A DNA stretch of 64,000 nt from Candidatus Kaiserbacteria bacterium (GTDB taxonomy: Bacteria > Patescibacteriota > Minisyncoccia > Phycocordibacterales > UBA2100), in assembly GCA_028286585.1 (NCBI GenBank), contig JAQBRI010000009.1, positions 28,010-92,009 on the forward strand. Reading direction: 5' to 3'. The notes beneath the pieces were generated by a model, which was not told the origin of the DNA, searched no databases, and saw only the letters and a program-made list of their open reading frames with translations. The translations under genes were made by a program, and so were the position numbers. Shown piece after piece: positions 1 to 9,325 of the stretch (position 1 is its first letter; every line of letters starts with the position of its first letter).

Positions 1-415
1 TTCTGCACAAACAACAGCAGTTGTAACAGAGGCAACTACAACTTCGGGTACAATCGTTACACAACCACAAGGCACTTCTACTACTGGTAGTACTCCCCCT
101 ACTCCAACTCCGACCCCTAAGCCAGTTTCAATATATAAGGATGGTAGTTTTACGGGCGACAACGTTGACGCTGTGTACGGTCCAATGCAGGTAACTGCAG
201 TCATTTCGGGTGGCAAACTGACCGCAGTAACCATACTAAAAAAGCCAACTGGCCGAGGTGAGACAGATCAGATCAATGGAGCGGCATTGCCTACGCTTGT
301 TCAAGAATCAATTACTGCACAAAGTGCGAATGTTGACGGAGTTTCTGGCGCAACACAATCATCTGACGGTTTTAAAAGCTCTCTAACTTCTGCTCTTGTA
401 AAGGCAAAAGCATAA
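1..415 (+). CDS. FMN-binding domain protein, 5'-truncated by window edge. Carries the flavinylation motif D-G-V-S-G-A-T.
   Basis: Reading frame is open from the window start. C-terminal 'NVDGVSGATQSSDGF' matches the Dxx(S/T)GAT covalent-FMN attachment motif of FMN_bind domains (ApbE substrates). A Thr/Pro-rich linker lies upstream. Confidence 0.6.
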   Translation, partial: SAQTTAVVTEATTTSGTIVTQPQGTSTTGSTPPTPTPTPKPVSIYKDGSFTGDNVDAVYGPMQVTAVISGGKLTAVTILKKPTGRGETDQINGAALPTLVQESITAQSANVDGVSGATQSSDGFKSSLTSALVKAKA

Positions 416-428
416 TAACTGCAAAAGT

Positions 429-1967
429 TTGAAACAATTTATCACCATGTCTTATATCGATTTCTTTTTAAATAAGATAACGATGTACAGTCTGGTTTTG
501 TACTATCTGCTTACGCTTCTTGGTGTTGCAATAATCGAGAGTTTCTTACATATACTTTCGTATGATCCGCTCTACATTTTACTTTCTGCAATCTTTTTGA
601 GTGCAGTATGCTGGGGAACAAATCGCCTCTGCGCATACATCTGGAAGATTCCGGCAAACGCTGAGTCGTCGATCATCACGGCACTTATTATTGCGCTTAT
701 CGTAACGCCGGTTGCACCAATGATATCGTTTTTTCCGCTTCTTTGGATGGGAATATTGTCACAGGTAAGTAAATACATCCTTACGGTCCGCGGAAAGCAT
801 ATATTTAATCCGGTAGCTGTTGGAGTGGCACTGGTGGGCATATTGCTTGGCTCATACGCCTCATGGTGGGTTGGCGGGACAATCTATCTTATGCCGTTTG
901 TCATTATTGGCGGTCTGCTGATCGTTAGAAAAATTCATCGGTTTGATATGGTGCTGGTCTATATTGTTGTATCAATAGTCGTGGGACTTATTCCAACAAT
1001 TGTCCAAGCAGGTGACATTCCAAACATAGCGCTGCGTCTTGTAGAACACACGCCAATATTCTTTTTTGCCTTTATCATGCTCACTGAGCCGCTCACGACT
1101 CCGCCGCGAAGAGCTGCACGCATGACGTATGCAACAATTATTGCAGCACTTGCAGCACCATGGGTGCACTTTGGAGAGTTTATTTATTTCACTCCGGAAA
1201 CGGCACTCCTTGCCGGTAATGTTTTTTCATATTTTATGAGTTCCCCATTCAAAAAACTGGCAACTCTTACGCAAATCAACCAAATCTCACGCGGTACGTA
1301 CGAGTATGTATTTGATGCGCAGGCAAAATTTCTTCCTGGGCAATATGCAGAATGGACAATTCACACCAAACACGATGACTCACGCGGTAATCGACGATAC
1401 TTTACTATCGCATCCTCACCTGCCGAAGGCGATCTTCGTATTGGCGTCAAAGTCTACGACAAACCCAGCACCTACAAACAGTCGCTGATGCAGCTCAAAG
1501 TTGGTGACACGATTCTTGCTGGCAGTATCGCAGGAGATTTTACAATGCCGCATGATACAACTCAAAAAATAGCTTTCATTGCGGGCGGCATTGGCATCAC
1601 ACCATTTCGAAGTATGGTGCAGCATATGATTGATACGCAGCAAAAACGCGATGCAGTTCTTTTGTATTCAAATCGCTCGGAGGACGAAATTGCCTATTAC
1701 GACTTCTTTCAAAATGCCTCCAATGTCTTGTCTCCTTCGTTTCGAGTGATACATACGCTCACCGACCCAGGAATATCAAACACATGGAATGGTGAAAAAG
1801 GTTTTATCGATGGCGCATTTATCGAGCGCACCGTGCCAGACTACAAAGAAAGAAAGTTTTATATTTCGGGCCCGCAAGGAATGGTCTCGGCGTGTCTTTC
1901 GGCACTTCTTAAGTTAGGAGTACCTCGTACAAATATTCACACCGACTACTTTCCCGGCTTTGCATAA
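429..1967 (+). CDS. NqrB/RnfD-like polytopic membrane domain fused to a ferredoxin-NADP reductase-type FAD/NAD(P)-binding oxidoreductase domain
   Basis: 512 aa. The N-terminal half is hydrophobic with a 'MLTEPLTTPP' segment as in NqrB/RnfD. The C-terminal half has 'RYFTIASSP' (the RxYS FAD motif) and 'GGIGITPFRSM' (NAD-binding). It starts 13 nt after the FMN-binding ORF. Confidence 0.65.
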   Translation: MKQFITMSYIDFFLNKITMYSLVLYYLLTLLGVAIIESFLHILSYDPLYILLSAIFLSAVCWGTNRLCAYIWKIPANAESSIITALIIALIVTPVAPMISFFPLLWMGILSQVSKYILTVRGKHIFNPVAVGVALVGILLGSYASWWVGGTIYLMPFVIIGGLLIVRKIHRFDMVLVYIVVSIVVGLIPTIVQAGDIPNIALRLVEHTPIFFFAFIMLTEPLTTPPRRAARMTYATIIAALAAPWVHFGEFIYFTPETALLAGNVFSYFMSSPFKKLATLTQINQISRGTYEYVFDAQAKFLPGQYAEWTIHTKHDDSRGNRRYFTIASSPAEGDLRIGVKVYDKPSTYKQSLMQLKVGDTILAGSIAGDFTMPHDTTQKIAFIAGGIGITPFRSMVQHMIDTQQKRDAVLLYSNRSEDEIAYYDFFQNASNVLSPSFRVIHTLTDPGISNTWNGEKGFIDGAFIERTVPDYKERKFYISGPQGMVSACLSALLKLGVPRTNIHTDYFPGFA

Positions 1968-1985
1968 TACATTTGCTTAACTGTA

Positions 1986-2597
1986 TTAGTGAACCATTCC
2001 CGGCAGCATCATGCGCGGTATTACTCCTTGCGGCTGTCCTCCGTTTACACATTCTTGATTGATGAAATCACGAGTGAGCGGGCCCATAAATCCAGTTGGG
2101 GTCGTAATACCAAATTTTGCTTGGAATCGCATCACAGCACTCTTGGTAACAGGACCAAAGTAACCGGTAATGGCGCTTTTTGGAAATACTGGATCATTTT
2201 CAAAAATGATCTGTTGTAATCTTTTTATATCTTCTCCCTGCATTCCGATTCCTATGGCGCGATCAAATTGTTTGCATTGAAAAGCTGCCGGGACAACCGG
2301 AGGCATTGCGTCTGCGACAGCCGGGGTCGAAGTACCTATTCCGCCAAGCGCCATCACTTGCTGAACAAGAGCGGAAAGCTGTTTTTTAAGAATATCAATT
2401 TGAGAAAGGAGAACATTAATCTGCGTCGTTGTTGCGGAAACTGGAGTTGTCGAAGCGGTCGATGTTGCAAGCGTGAGCGTTGTCGAGGCCGTAATAGTGT
2501 CTGTCGCTACTGTTGTCTGTGCCCACGTGTGACCAGGTAGTACTATCGCAGAAATAATCACTAGTAAAGAAAGTGTTGCATGAATTTTGCTTTGCAT
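1986..2597 (-). CDS. Secreted Thr-rich protein with a C-terminal peptidoglycan-binding (PG_binding_1-like) domain
   Basis: Signal-like N-terminus 'MQSKIHATLSLLVIISAIVLPGHTWA' when the second in-frame ATG at 2597 is used. 'ITGYFGPVTKSAVMRFQAKFGI' matches PG-binding domain helices. The longer ORF runs to 2648. Confidence 0.5.
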   Translation of the reverse strand: MQSKIHATLSLLVIISAIVLPGHTWAQTTVATDTITASTTLTLATSTASTTPVSATTTQINVLLSQIDILKKQLSALVQQVMALGGIGTSTPAVADAMPPVVPAAFQCKQFDRAIGIGMQGEDIKRLQQIIFENDPVFPKSAITGYFGPVTKSAVMRFQAKFGITTPTGFMGPLTRDFINQECVNGGQPQGVIPRMMLPGMVH

Positions 2598-2664
2598 ATA
2601 CGTAAGTATACCTCTTGCCGCGCCATTTGGTATACTGATACATATCAATTAACCTTTTCTTTGT

Positions 2665-3432
2665 ATGATTTCAACACAAATTCTCCTGGGTATCGGTATT
2701 GTAGTCGTTTTGTATGCAATGAGCTGTATTCGAATTTTGCAGCAGTATCAGCGTGGCGTCATCTTTACGCTCGGTAAATTTACCGGAGTGCGAGATGCTG
2801 GGTTTCAATTACTTTTTACTCCATTCCAAACGATGACTCGTATATCGCTTCGCACCGTCACAATGCAAATTCCATCACAAAAAATAATTACAAAAGATAA
2901 CGTATCGATAGATATTGCAGCAGTCGCTTATTACAAAATTTCTGATCCAGAAAAGTCAGTTATAGCGATCGAAGACGTATACGGTGCAATCAATCAAATC
3001 AGTCAAACAACCGTTCGCAACGTAATTGGCCGATTCAGTCTTGATCAGCTGCTTGCAGAAACGGGCAAAATAAATGAACAGATCAAAACAGTTATCGATG
3101 TACATACCGAGGCGTGGGGCGTTTCGGTTACTGCGGTAGAAATAAAAGACATAACTCTTCCCGACAACATGCAGCGTGCCATGGCCAAAGAAGCCGAGGC
3201 AGAGCGTGAGCGCCGAGCAAAGATTGTTGCAGCCGAAGGAGAGTTTCAGGCTGCGAGTAAACTTGCCGATGCCGCAGACGTGATTAGTAAGCACCCTGTT
3301 GCACTGCAGCTGCGAACGCTCCAGACGATGGCAGAAATCGCAACAGAGAAAAATTCTACTATTATCTTCCCTGCTCAATTTATGAGTACGGTACAAGATG
3401 CATTTGCGACAATCGCAAAGGACCAAAAGTAG
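2665..3432 (+). CDS. SPFH/band 7 (stomatin/prohibitin-like) membrane protein
   Basis: N-terminal TM segment followed by 'YQRGVIFTLGKF...' and 'DNVSIDIAAVAYYKISDPEKSV', which are typical stomatin-family blocks. The C-terminus is a coiled coil rich in EAERERRAK. Confidence 0.85.
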   Translation: MISTQILLGIGIVVVLYAMSCIRILQQYQRGVIFTLGKFTGVRDAGFQLLFTPFQTMTRISLRTVTMQIPSQKIITKDNVSIDIAAVAYYKISDPEKSVIAIEDVYGAINQISQTTVRNVIGRFSLDQLLAETGKINEQIKTVIDVHTEAWGVSVTAVEIKDITLPDNMQRAMAKEAEAERERRAKIVAAEGEFQAASKLADAADVISKHPVALQLRTLQTMAEIATEKNSTIIFPAQFMSTVQDAFATIAKDQK

Positions 3433-3444
3433 TTGTCATTATCA

Positions 3445-3475
3445 AGCCCCGCACTTCGCGGGGCTTTTTGTTTTG
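3445..3475 (+). terminator. Rho-independent terminator after the SPFH gene
   Basis: GC hairpin 'aagccccgcacttcgcggggctt' followed by a T-tract. Confidence 0.7.
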
Positions 3476-3535
3476 TAGACGCGTCATACAGAATGCGCTA
3501 GTATCAAAAGAGGAACTGTAAAGTGGAGTATATTC

Positions 3536-3931
3536 ATGCGTATCCGTGTAAACAAAGACCAAAGAGATGCGAGCAATATTTTGGCTCTCCGGCTTACCGA
3601 AATGGGATATTTAATATTCCCCGTCGCGCCGTGGTATCGCAGGCACCATCTCGATCGCATCGCTATTTCAAAGTCGCAACAGCAATTTTTCTTTGTCTTT
3701 CGTCCGATGCGAAACGGAACAATTACGGTACGGCCATATAGCTATCACGGCAACGCCCCAATCCGTGACATGGTAAAGTCGCTCGGTATGGAGCAAACGA
3801 TCCGCTGCTGGAATCGCGCCCTTCCCAAGCTGAAAGATGGTGAGACGTGGTCAACATATCTTTCAAAAAGCGATGTTGTTACGTACTCGAGAATCATGGG
3901 CATGAGTCCGAGTGTGCGCAAAGCTGCATAA
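3536..3931 (+). CDS. hypothetical protein
   Basis: 131-aa ORF bracketed by an upstream terminator and its own downstream terminator. No motif recognised. Confidence 0.4.
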   Translation: MRIRVNKDQRDASNILALRLTEMGYLIFPVAPWYRRHHLDRIAISKSQQQFFFVFRPMRNGTITVRPYSYHGNAPIRDMVKSLGMEQTIRCWNRALPKLKDGETWSTYLSKSDVVTYSRIMGMSPSVRKAA

Positions 3932-3936
3932 CTTAC

Positions 3937-3960
3937 AAGCGGGAACCTTCCCGCTTTTTG
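3937..3960 (+). terminator. Rho-independent terminator
   Basis: Hairpin 'aagcgggaaccttcccgctt' plus 'tttt'. Confidence 0.65.
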
Positions 3961-4065
3961 ACTGTATTTCGAAATTACAAATGTAATACTTTGAATATGT
4001 ATCCGAAACGTAAATATGATATAATTACTTATAACAAGTTTTATTAGTTTCTAAATAATGTTTTT

Positions 4066-4608
4066 ATGTCACAAACGAACCTATACACCGTTACTATTCC
4101 GCCAATGATAAAAGGACTTACTGCCCTTTCAACCATTCTTGATAAAGCCGAAAGCTTTGCTGAGGCTCACAAGCTTAGCTGGATGTCATTTGACGAGGCA
4201 CTTCTGAATGATCGTATTGTATTTACTCAGTTTCCATTTGTACGCCAAGTACAGCTCGCATGTGATCATGCAAAGGGCGGTGCAGGACGGCTTGCACAAG
4301 TCGAGGTACCAAAGCATGAGGATACAGAAAAGACTTTTGCAGAACTAAAAGCTCGCATCGCAAAGACTCTCGAGTTTGTACAAAGCATCAAGCCAGAACA
4401 AGTAATTGGCAAAGAAGACATCAGCGTTACATTGGCATTTTTCCCAGACAAATACCTCACCGGTTTTGACTATGCTATCGAATACCTCATGCCAAACTTT
4501 ATGTTCCACCTTACTACTGCATACTCAATCCTCCGCAAAAATGGAATGGAGATTGGTAAAGTCGACTTTGTCGGTACAATGCCATTTAAAGAACTAGCAA
4601 AAGCATAA
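4066..4608 (+). CDS. DUF1993-family protein
   Basis: N-terminus 'MSQTNLYTVTIPPMIKGLTALSTILDKAESFAEAHK' resembles the conserved N-terminus of DUF1993 proteins. 180 aa. Confidence 0.5.
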   Translation: MSQTNLYTVTIPPMIKGLTALSTILDKAESFAEAHKLSWMSFDEALLNDRIVFTQFPFVRQVQLACDHAKGGAGRLAQVEVPKHEDTEKTFAELKARIAKTLEFVQSIKPEQVIGKEDISVTLAFFPDKYLTGFDYAIEYLMPNFMFHLTTAYSILRKNGMEIGKVDFVGTMPFKELAKA

Positions 4609-4610
4609 TC

Positions 4611-5360
4611 ATGGACGCACTCAAAATTCAAAACGTAACCAAGACCTATAACAACGGAGTTGTTGCTCTTAAAAACACAACCCTCACGATTCCAGCGGGT
4701 GACTTTTTTGCACTCCTTGGCCCAAACGGTGCTGGCAAAACCACGCTCATTGGTATCGCCTCTGGTCTCGTCAACAAAACAAGCGGCAGCGTCGAAGTGT
4801 TTGGCTACGATACAGACAAGCAAACAGAAATGGCAAAAACCCAAATCGGACTTGTAGGACAAGAAATAAACTTTAATCCATTTGAGAAACCAATCGATAT
4901 CGTTGTAAACCAGGGCGGCTATTATGGAATACCACGCGATGTTGCTATTCCTCGTGCAGAAACATTACTCAAAGACCTCGGACTTGGTGAAAAAATGAAC
5001 GATAAGGCAATGGCGCTCTCTGGAGGAATGAAGCGCCGACTCATGATCGCACGCGCATTGATTCACAAACCAAAATTTTTGATACTTGATGAACCTACAG
5101 CCGGAGTCGACGTTGAATTGCGTCGCGGCATGTGGGACTACCTCAAGCGTCTTACGACCGACGGCGTCACCATCCTTCTCACAACGCATTATCTCGAAGA
5201 AGCAGAGCAGCTTGCAAAGCATGTGGCTATCATTCGCAAGGGTGAGATTGTAGCCAACGGCACCATGGACGAAATTCTAGCGCTCGGCAAAGACACGTAT
5301 ACTGCAGGAGACTTTAATGGAGGACGCCTTGAGCAAGTCTTTATCGAACTAACCAAATAA
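4611..5360 (+). CDS. ABC transporter ATP-binding protein (ABC-2 exporter type)
   Basis: Walker A 'GPNGAGKTT', ABC signature 'LSGGMKRRL' and Walker B 'LILDEPTAGVD'. Confidence 0.9.
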   Translation: MDALKIQNVTKTYNNGVVALKNTTLTIPAGDFFALLGPNGAGKTTLIGIASGLVNKTSGSVEVFGYDTDKQTEMAKTQIGLVGQEINFNPFEKPIDIVVNQGGYYGIPRDVAIPRAETLLKDLGLGEKMNDKAMALSGGMKRRLMIARALIHKPKFLILDEPTAGVDVELRRGMWDYLKRLTTDGVTILLTTHYLEEAEQLAKHVAIIRKGEIVANGTMDEILALGKDTYTAGDFNGGRLEQVFIELTK

Positions 5361-5365
5361 GTATC

Positions 5366-6148
5366 ATGACACCATATCAACTCTGGACATCGTTCTATAC
5401 AATGCTTCGCAAAGATGTCGTCCGCATGTTTCGTATTTGGGTACAGACATTTTTGCCTTCTGTCATCACCTCGACACTCTACTTTGTCGTCTTTGGTACC
5501 GTTCTTGGATCACGCATTGGTACCATGGGCGGAGTAAAGTACATGGAATTTGTCGTGCCAGGACTTGTGATGCTCGCGATCGTTACGACGTCTTATGCAA
5601 ACACCTCATTCACATTTTTCTCCTCTAAATTCTTTGCTCGTTCAATCGACGAAATCCTCGTCTCACCTACCCCACCTTGGCTTATGATCGCTGGATTTGT
5701 AAGTGGCGGGATTGTCCGCGGCGTACTCGTTGGTTCGATCGTGCTCGCCGTATCGCTCTTTTTCACGGGGCTTGGAATTTCGATTCACAGTCTTTTGATT
5801 ATGCTTGGATTCGCCGTACTTACCTCGCTCGTGTTTGCACTTGCTGGACTGGTAAACGGAATTTACGCTAAATCAATTGATGGCATTAACATTGTTCCGA
5901 CATTTATTCTCACGCCGCTTGTATACCTTGGCGGAGTATTCTATTCGGTACATTCACTTCCAGCAGCATGGCAGCCGGTGGTCTATATAAACCCAATATT
6001 TTATCTCATCAATGGTTTTCGCTATGGCTTTATGGGTGTTGCAGATATTCCTATCGCTGTCTCACTTGCTGTTCTTGCGGCACTGGTTGTGTTACTGGTT
6101 GGAATCAACTGGTACCTTATTCGCACTGGCCTAGGACTAAAACAATAA
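5366..6148 (+). CDS. ABC-2 type transporter permease
   Basis: 260-aa polytopic hydrophobic protein immediately downstream of the ABC ATPase. Size and position fit an ABC-2 permease. Confidence 0.75.
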   Translation: MTPYQLWTSFYTMLRKDVVRMFRIWVQTFLPSVITSTLYFVVFGTVLGSRIGTMGGVKYMEFVVPGLVMLAIVTTSYANTSFTFFSSKFFARSIDEILVSPTPPWLMIAGFVSGGIVRGVLVGSIVLAVSLFFTGLGISIHSLLIMLGFAVLTSLVFALAGLVNGIYAKSIDGINIVPTFILTPLVYLGGVFYSVHSLPAAWQPVVYINPIFYLINGFRYGFMGVADIPIAVSLAVLAALVVLLVGINWYLIRTGLGLKQ

Positions 6149-6158
6149 CTCTACAAAT

Positions 6159-6482
6159 ATGCCCGAAAAACCAAAGATAATTCAATTTCCTACTGAGCGC
6201 ACAAAAGAAGGACGCGAAAAAACAGCTGCTCGAAAAGAGGCCGTGCAAAATATACTTCTTTCTATTTCACCAAGCGCAATGCAACAACAAATGATACCGG
6301 GTAGTGCCGAAATATACACGAGAGAATTCGCCCAAATGAGTGAAGCCGAACTAGAGCAGTGGGTCGACGAATATTGTATTGATAAACCACTCGACTCTGC
6401 TGGACGAACATTCGATGATCAGGCACGAATAATGATCGGCGCAACCGAATACTTGCTACGACAGGCACAGAAAAATCAATAG
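6159..6482 (+). CDS. hypothetical protein
   Basis: 107-aa ORF that abuts folA convergently. No motif recognised. Confidence 0.35.
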   Translation: MPEKPKIIQFPTERTKEGREKTAARKEAVQNILLSISPSAMQQQMIPGSAEIYTREFAQMSEAELEQWVDEYCIDKPLDSAGRTFDDQARIMIGATEYLLRQAQKNQ

Positions 6483-6484
6483 GG

Positions 6485-6997
6485 CTACCTCTCCAGATCA
6501 ATCCAATGATACTTAAGCCCGTTCCATTCACGGTCTTCTTTGTTCACCACATGCGTAAATTGTTCCTCATATCGAGGAAAGAAAGAATCTCCTTCTTTAT
6601 CATCATCAATCAGTGTGAGATATAGCTTGTCGACAAGCGGCAATGCTTGCGCGTAGACCTGCCCACCACCGATAACGAATATTTCGCTGTTCTCCATAGT
6701 TTTTGCGAGCTCAATTCCCTCTTTTACAGAATGGACCACATGCACATCAGGGTACGACCATGCTGAGTCGCGAGTGATTACAATGTTCGGCCTGTCTGGC
6801 AATGCCTTATGAAGATAGCTAACGATCGAATCGAATGTTTTTCGTCCCATAATCACAGGGTGTCCTTTTGTTAGTTGTTTAAACCGCTTCAGATCATCTG
6901 GGATGTGCCACAAGAGCTGATTATCCTTTCCAAGCACATGATTATGCACGCGACCATTTCCCACTGCTACAACGATACTGATTTTTGGTTTGTTCAT
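6485..6997 (-). CDS. folA: dihydrofolate reductase
   Basis: 'ISIVVAVGNGRVHNHVLGKDNQLLWHIPDDLKRFKQLTKGHPVIMGRKTF' matches the canonical DHFR N-terminal blocks (conserved LPW and GR.T motifs). 170 aa. Confidence 0.85.
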   Translation of the reverse strand: MNKPKISIVVAVGNGRVHNHVLGKDNQLLWHIPDDLKRFKQLTKGHPVIMGRKTFDSIVSYLHKALPDRPNIVITRDSAWSYPDVHVVHSVKEGIELAKTMENSEIFVIGGGQVYAQALPLVDKLYLTLIDDDKEGDSFFPRYEEQFTHVVNKEDREWNGLKYHWIDLER

Positions 6998-6999
6998 AT

Positions 7000-7707
7000 T
7001 TATTTTGTTTTTAACACGTGTTCAAACAAAGGAGCATATACATCCTCTGCAATATCAATCGCCAGTTCGCTTTTATCAACTGTATCAACATATTCAATCG
7101 TAGCACTTGTAATTATCGCAAGTGGCTGTTGCTCCTTCCCCTCTCCCATTTCAAGAACGGCAGCGGTTGCAAGTGCATCAGCTACATCGGTACGCGATAA
7201 TTTAAGAAGGCGACCAAATATATCCGGGGTTTCGCGGTAGTCGCGTACACCCTTAAACCCGGCATAACCAAGCGCAACTCCTACCACTCCGGCACGTAGA
7301 GGAAATAGTCGACTGTCAGTAATCAATATTCCCAAATTTTGAATGTTGTAATGTTTTTTTAATTCACTACGCAGGCCTTCTGCTGCAATGTAACTATCCT
7401 TAGGAAGTAAAATTAATTTGCCGTCTGCATTCGACTCGTCTACTCCGGCCGAGCACATAACCATTCCATCTTTAATGGTGAGCCACGTGTACTTGGTGCG
7501 CAAAACGAATTCACTCTCTTCTGCAATAATTGCTTCGCGCTCCTCTGGTGAACTACATTCTCGAACCCGCCCTTCGGCAAGAGCGACGATTTTTGAAGTG
7601 ACCACCACAATCGATCCATCTTCTAACTTTGGGATATATTCAGTAATAAACGAGAATAAATCTTCGGATTCCTTAAAAATACGTGTTTTAACAGGTTCTA
7701 TATTCAT
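7000..7707 (-). CDS. CofE-like (F420-0:gamma-glutamyl ligase family) protein
   Basis: 'VVVTSKIVALAEGRV' and the overall ~235-aa size resemble the F420_ligase/CofE fold. Its stop is 3 nt from the folA start on the same strand. Confidence 0.5.
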   Translation of the reverse strand: MNIEPVKTRIFKESEDLFSFITEYIPKLEDGSIVVVTSKIVALAEGRVRECSSPEEREAIIAEESEFVLRTKYTWLTIKDGMVMCSAGVDESNADGKLILLPKDSYIAAEGLRSELKKHYNIQNLGILITDSRLFPLRAGVVGVALGYAGFKGVRDYRETPDIFGRLLKLSRTDVADALATAAVLEMGEGKEQQPLAIITSATIEYVDTVDKSELAIDIAEDVYAPLFEHVLKTK

Positions 7708-7737
7708 AGTTTGGGCAAGTTTGCATAGTATATCATT

Positions 7738-8433
7738 TTGAAAATCTTACGATATAATTGCCTAATGGGAATTAACGCCGGCATTTTTGGGGACAAAACA
7801 AGCCTAAAAGATAGATACATTCCGGATCACAAAAAGCTCGGTGAACTTGTAAAACATTGGAAAAAGTTGGGGCTCAAAATTGTGCTTACATCAGGTACCT
7901 ACGACCTCTTTCATGTGGGTCATGCCGAATATCTCGAGCGGGCAAAAGATCTTGGCGATCTCTTGATCGTGGGAGTTGATAGTGACGCAAAGGTACGAGA
8001 GCGTAAAGGTCCTCACAGGCCAGTTGTGCCCGAAGAAGAGCGCGTGCGAATACTTTCACACCTGCGCCATGTTGATGCGATCACGCTCAAACCCGCAAAG
8101 GCAAGACCAAATTCGCTTATACGACTCATCAAGCCCGACGTGCTCGTGCTCTCAAAAAGTACCAAACACGACCCAAAATACATTGCAGAAAAACAACAGT
8201 ATTGCGGATCGATTGTACTGCTGCCTCCGCAGGCAGAAACATCTACAAGTGCAAAGGTGCGTCTTTTGCACGTAAGCGGCGCAGACAAGTTTGCAAAAGA
8301 ACTCGTCCCAAAGCTCTCAACTCTTGTCGAACTCAAACTCATGGATGGATCTCAGTCGCTTGCTCGCGCTATCGCTGCTGACATGCCAAAAATAATGGAA
8401 GATATCTTGCATGAACTCAATAACAAAAAGTAA
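7738..8433 (+). CDS. cytidylyl/adenylyl-transferase family protein (nucleotidyltransferase alpha/beta fold)
   Basis: 'LTSGTYDLFHVGHAEYLERAKDLGDLLIVGVDSD' contains the (T/H)xGH motif of the cytidylyltransferase superfamily, as in GCT/RfaE-II. Confidence 0.65.
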   Translation: MKILRYNCLMGINAGIFGDKTSLKDRYIPDHKKLGELVKHWKKLGLKIVLTSGTYDLFHVGHAEYLERAKDLGDLLIVGVDSDAKVRERKGPHRPVVPEEERVRILSHLRHVDAITLKPAKARPNSLIRLIKPDVLVLSKSTKHDPKYIAEKQQYCGSIVLLPPQAETSTSAKVRLLHVSGADKFAKELVPKLSTLVELKLMDGSQSLARAIAADMPKIMEDILHELNNKK

Positions 8434-9265
8434 TGAAAGTGTAATCGTTGCGTACGTACCAGTACTCCACGAAGGGTACCTGCGCTTTTTTCAAAAAAAC
8501 CCGGGTGTAAAAAAAATCTACATTTTGGGTGAGGAAATCATTGCAGATTACAAACCGCTTACAAAAGATATCCGCCAAATTCCCCCAGCGACGATGCAGG
8601 GCCTTGTAACAGCGCTCGGTATCTTTGACTCTGTTGAAGTTTTAGACAAAGATATGGCGCGATCTTTTAATACAAGAGACTTCATCATAATACTTCCTGA
8701 CGAAGACGTAAGTCGCGATGTCGCAGCAGTCTATTTTCCAGACGCAAAAATTCAGTTTGATTCAATATTTTTAATGTGGGACAGGCACAACGCGCTTGCC
8801 GAAAGACCAGTCGTACCAGACGAGCAAATTACTCGAGATGCATTTCATAAACAAATCTTGGAGCAAGCCCAAACCGAGTCCGAAAAATCATCAGACATTT
8901 GGCGGCATGTTGGAGCGGCAATTGTAAAGAATGGAAAGCTTTTGCTCACCGGACACAACGAACACGTTCCTTCGGCACATTCTCAATATGCCCATGGTGA
9001 TCCTCGAAATAACTTTTCAAAAGGTGAATACATAGAATATTCAACAGCGCTTCATGCCGAAGCCGGACTCATTGCAACGGCAGCGAGCCAAGGTATCTCA
9101 CTTGAAGGATCTGACATGTACGTAACAGTATTTCCCTGCCCGCCGTGCGCAAAACTTATCGCGTATGCTGGTATAAAAACATTGTATTGCACGGGAGGAT
9201 ATGCGGTACTCGACGGACAAGATATTCTAAAAAGCCGTAATGTAAAAATAATTTTTGTAGAATAA
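8411..9265 (+). CDS. dCMP/cytidine deaminase family protein with an extra N-terminal domain
   Basis: C-terminal 'HAEAGLIATAASQG...VTVFPCPPCAKLIAYAGIK' contains the H(A)E...PCxxC zinc-binding deaminase motif. Confidence 0.8.
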   Translation: MNSITKSNESVIVAYVPVLHEGYLRFFQKNPGVKKIYILGEEIIADYKPLTKDIRQIPPATMQGLVTALGIFDSVEVLDKDMARSFNTRDFIIILPDEDVSRDVAAVYFPDAKIQFDSIFLMWDRHNALAERPVVPDEQITRDAFHKQILEQAQTESEKSSDIWRHVGAAIVKNGKLLLTGHNEHVPSAHSQYAHGDPRNNFSKGEYIEYSTALHAEAGLIATAASQGISLEGSDMYVTVFPCPPCAKLIAYAGIKTLYCTGGYAVLDGQDILKSRNVKIIFVE

Positions 9266-9292
9266 AAGCCGGCAATTGTGCCGGCTTTCGTG
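9266..9292 (+). terminator. putative terminator hairpin
   Basis: Hairpin 'aaagccggcaattgtgccggcttt'. The T-tract is weak. Confidence 0.45.
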
Positions 9293-9325
9293 TTGATGAT
9301 CAAAGATCAGAATTTGTGAGTATTG

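Noticed and set aside
572-841. Minus-strand ORFs nested in the 429..1967 gene (572..841, 972..1169, 1416..1643), and similar small antisense ORFs throughout (e.g. 2956..3426, 4470..4862, 12041..12616, 15988..16509, 19719..20168)
   Set aside because: Each is fully contained within a longer ORF on the other strand that has clear family-level motifs. The nested ORFs have no motifs or sensible starts.
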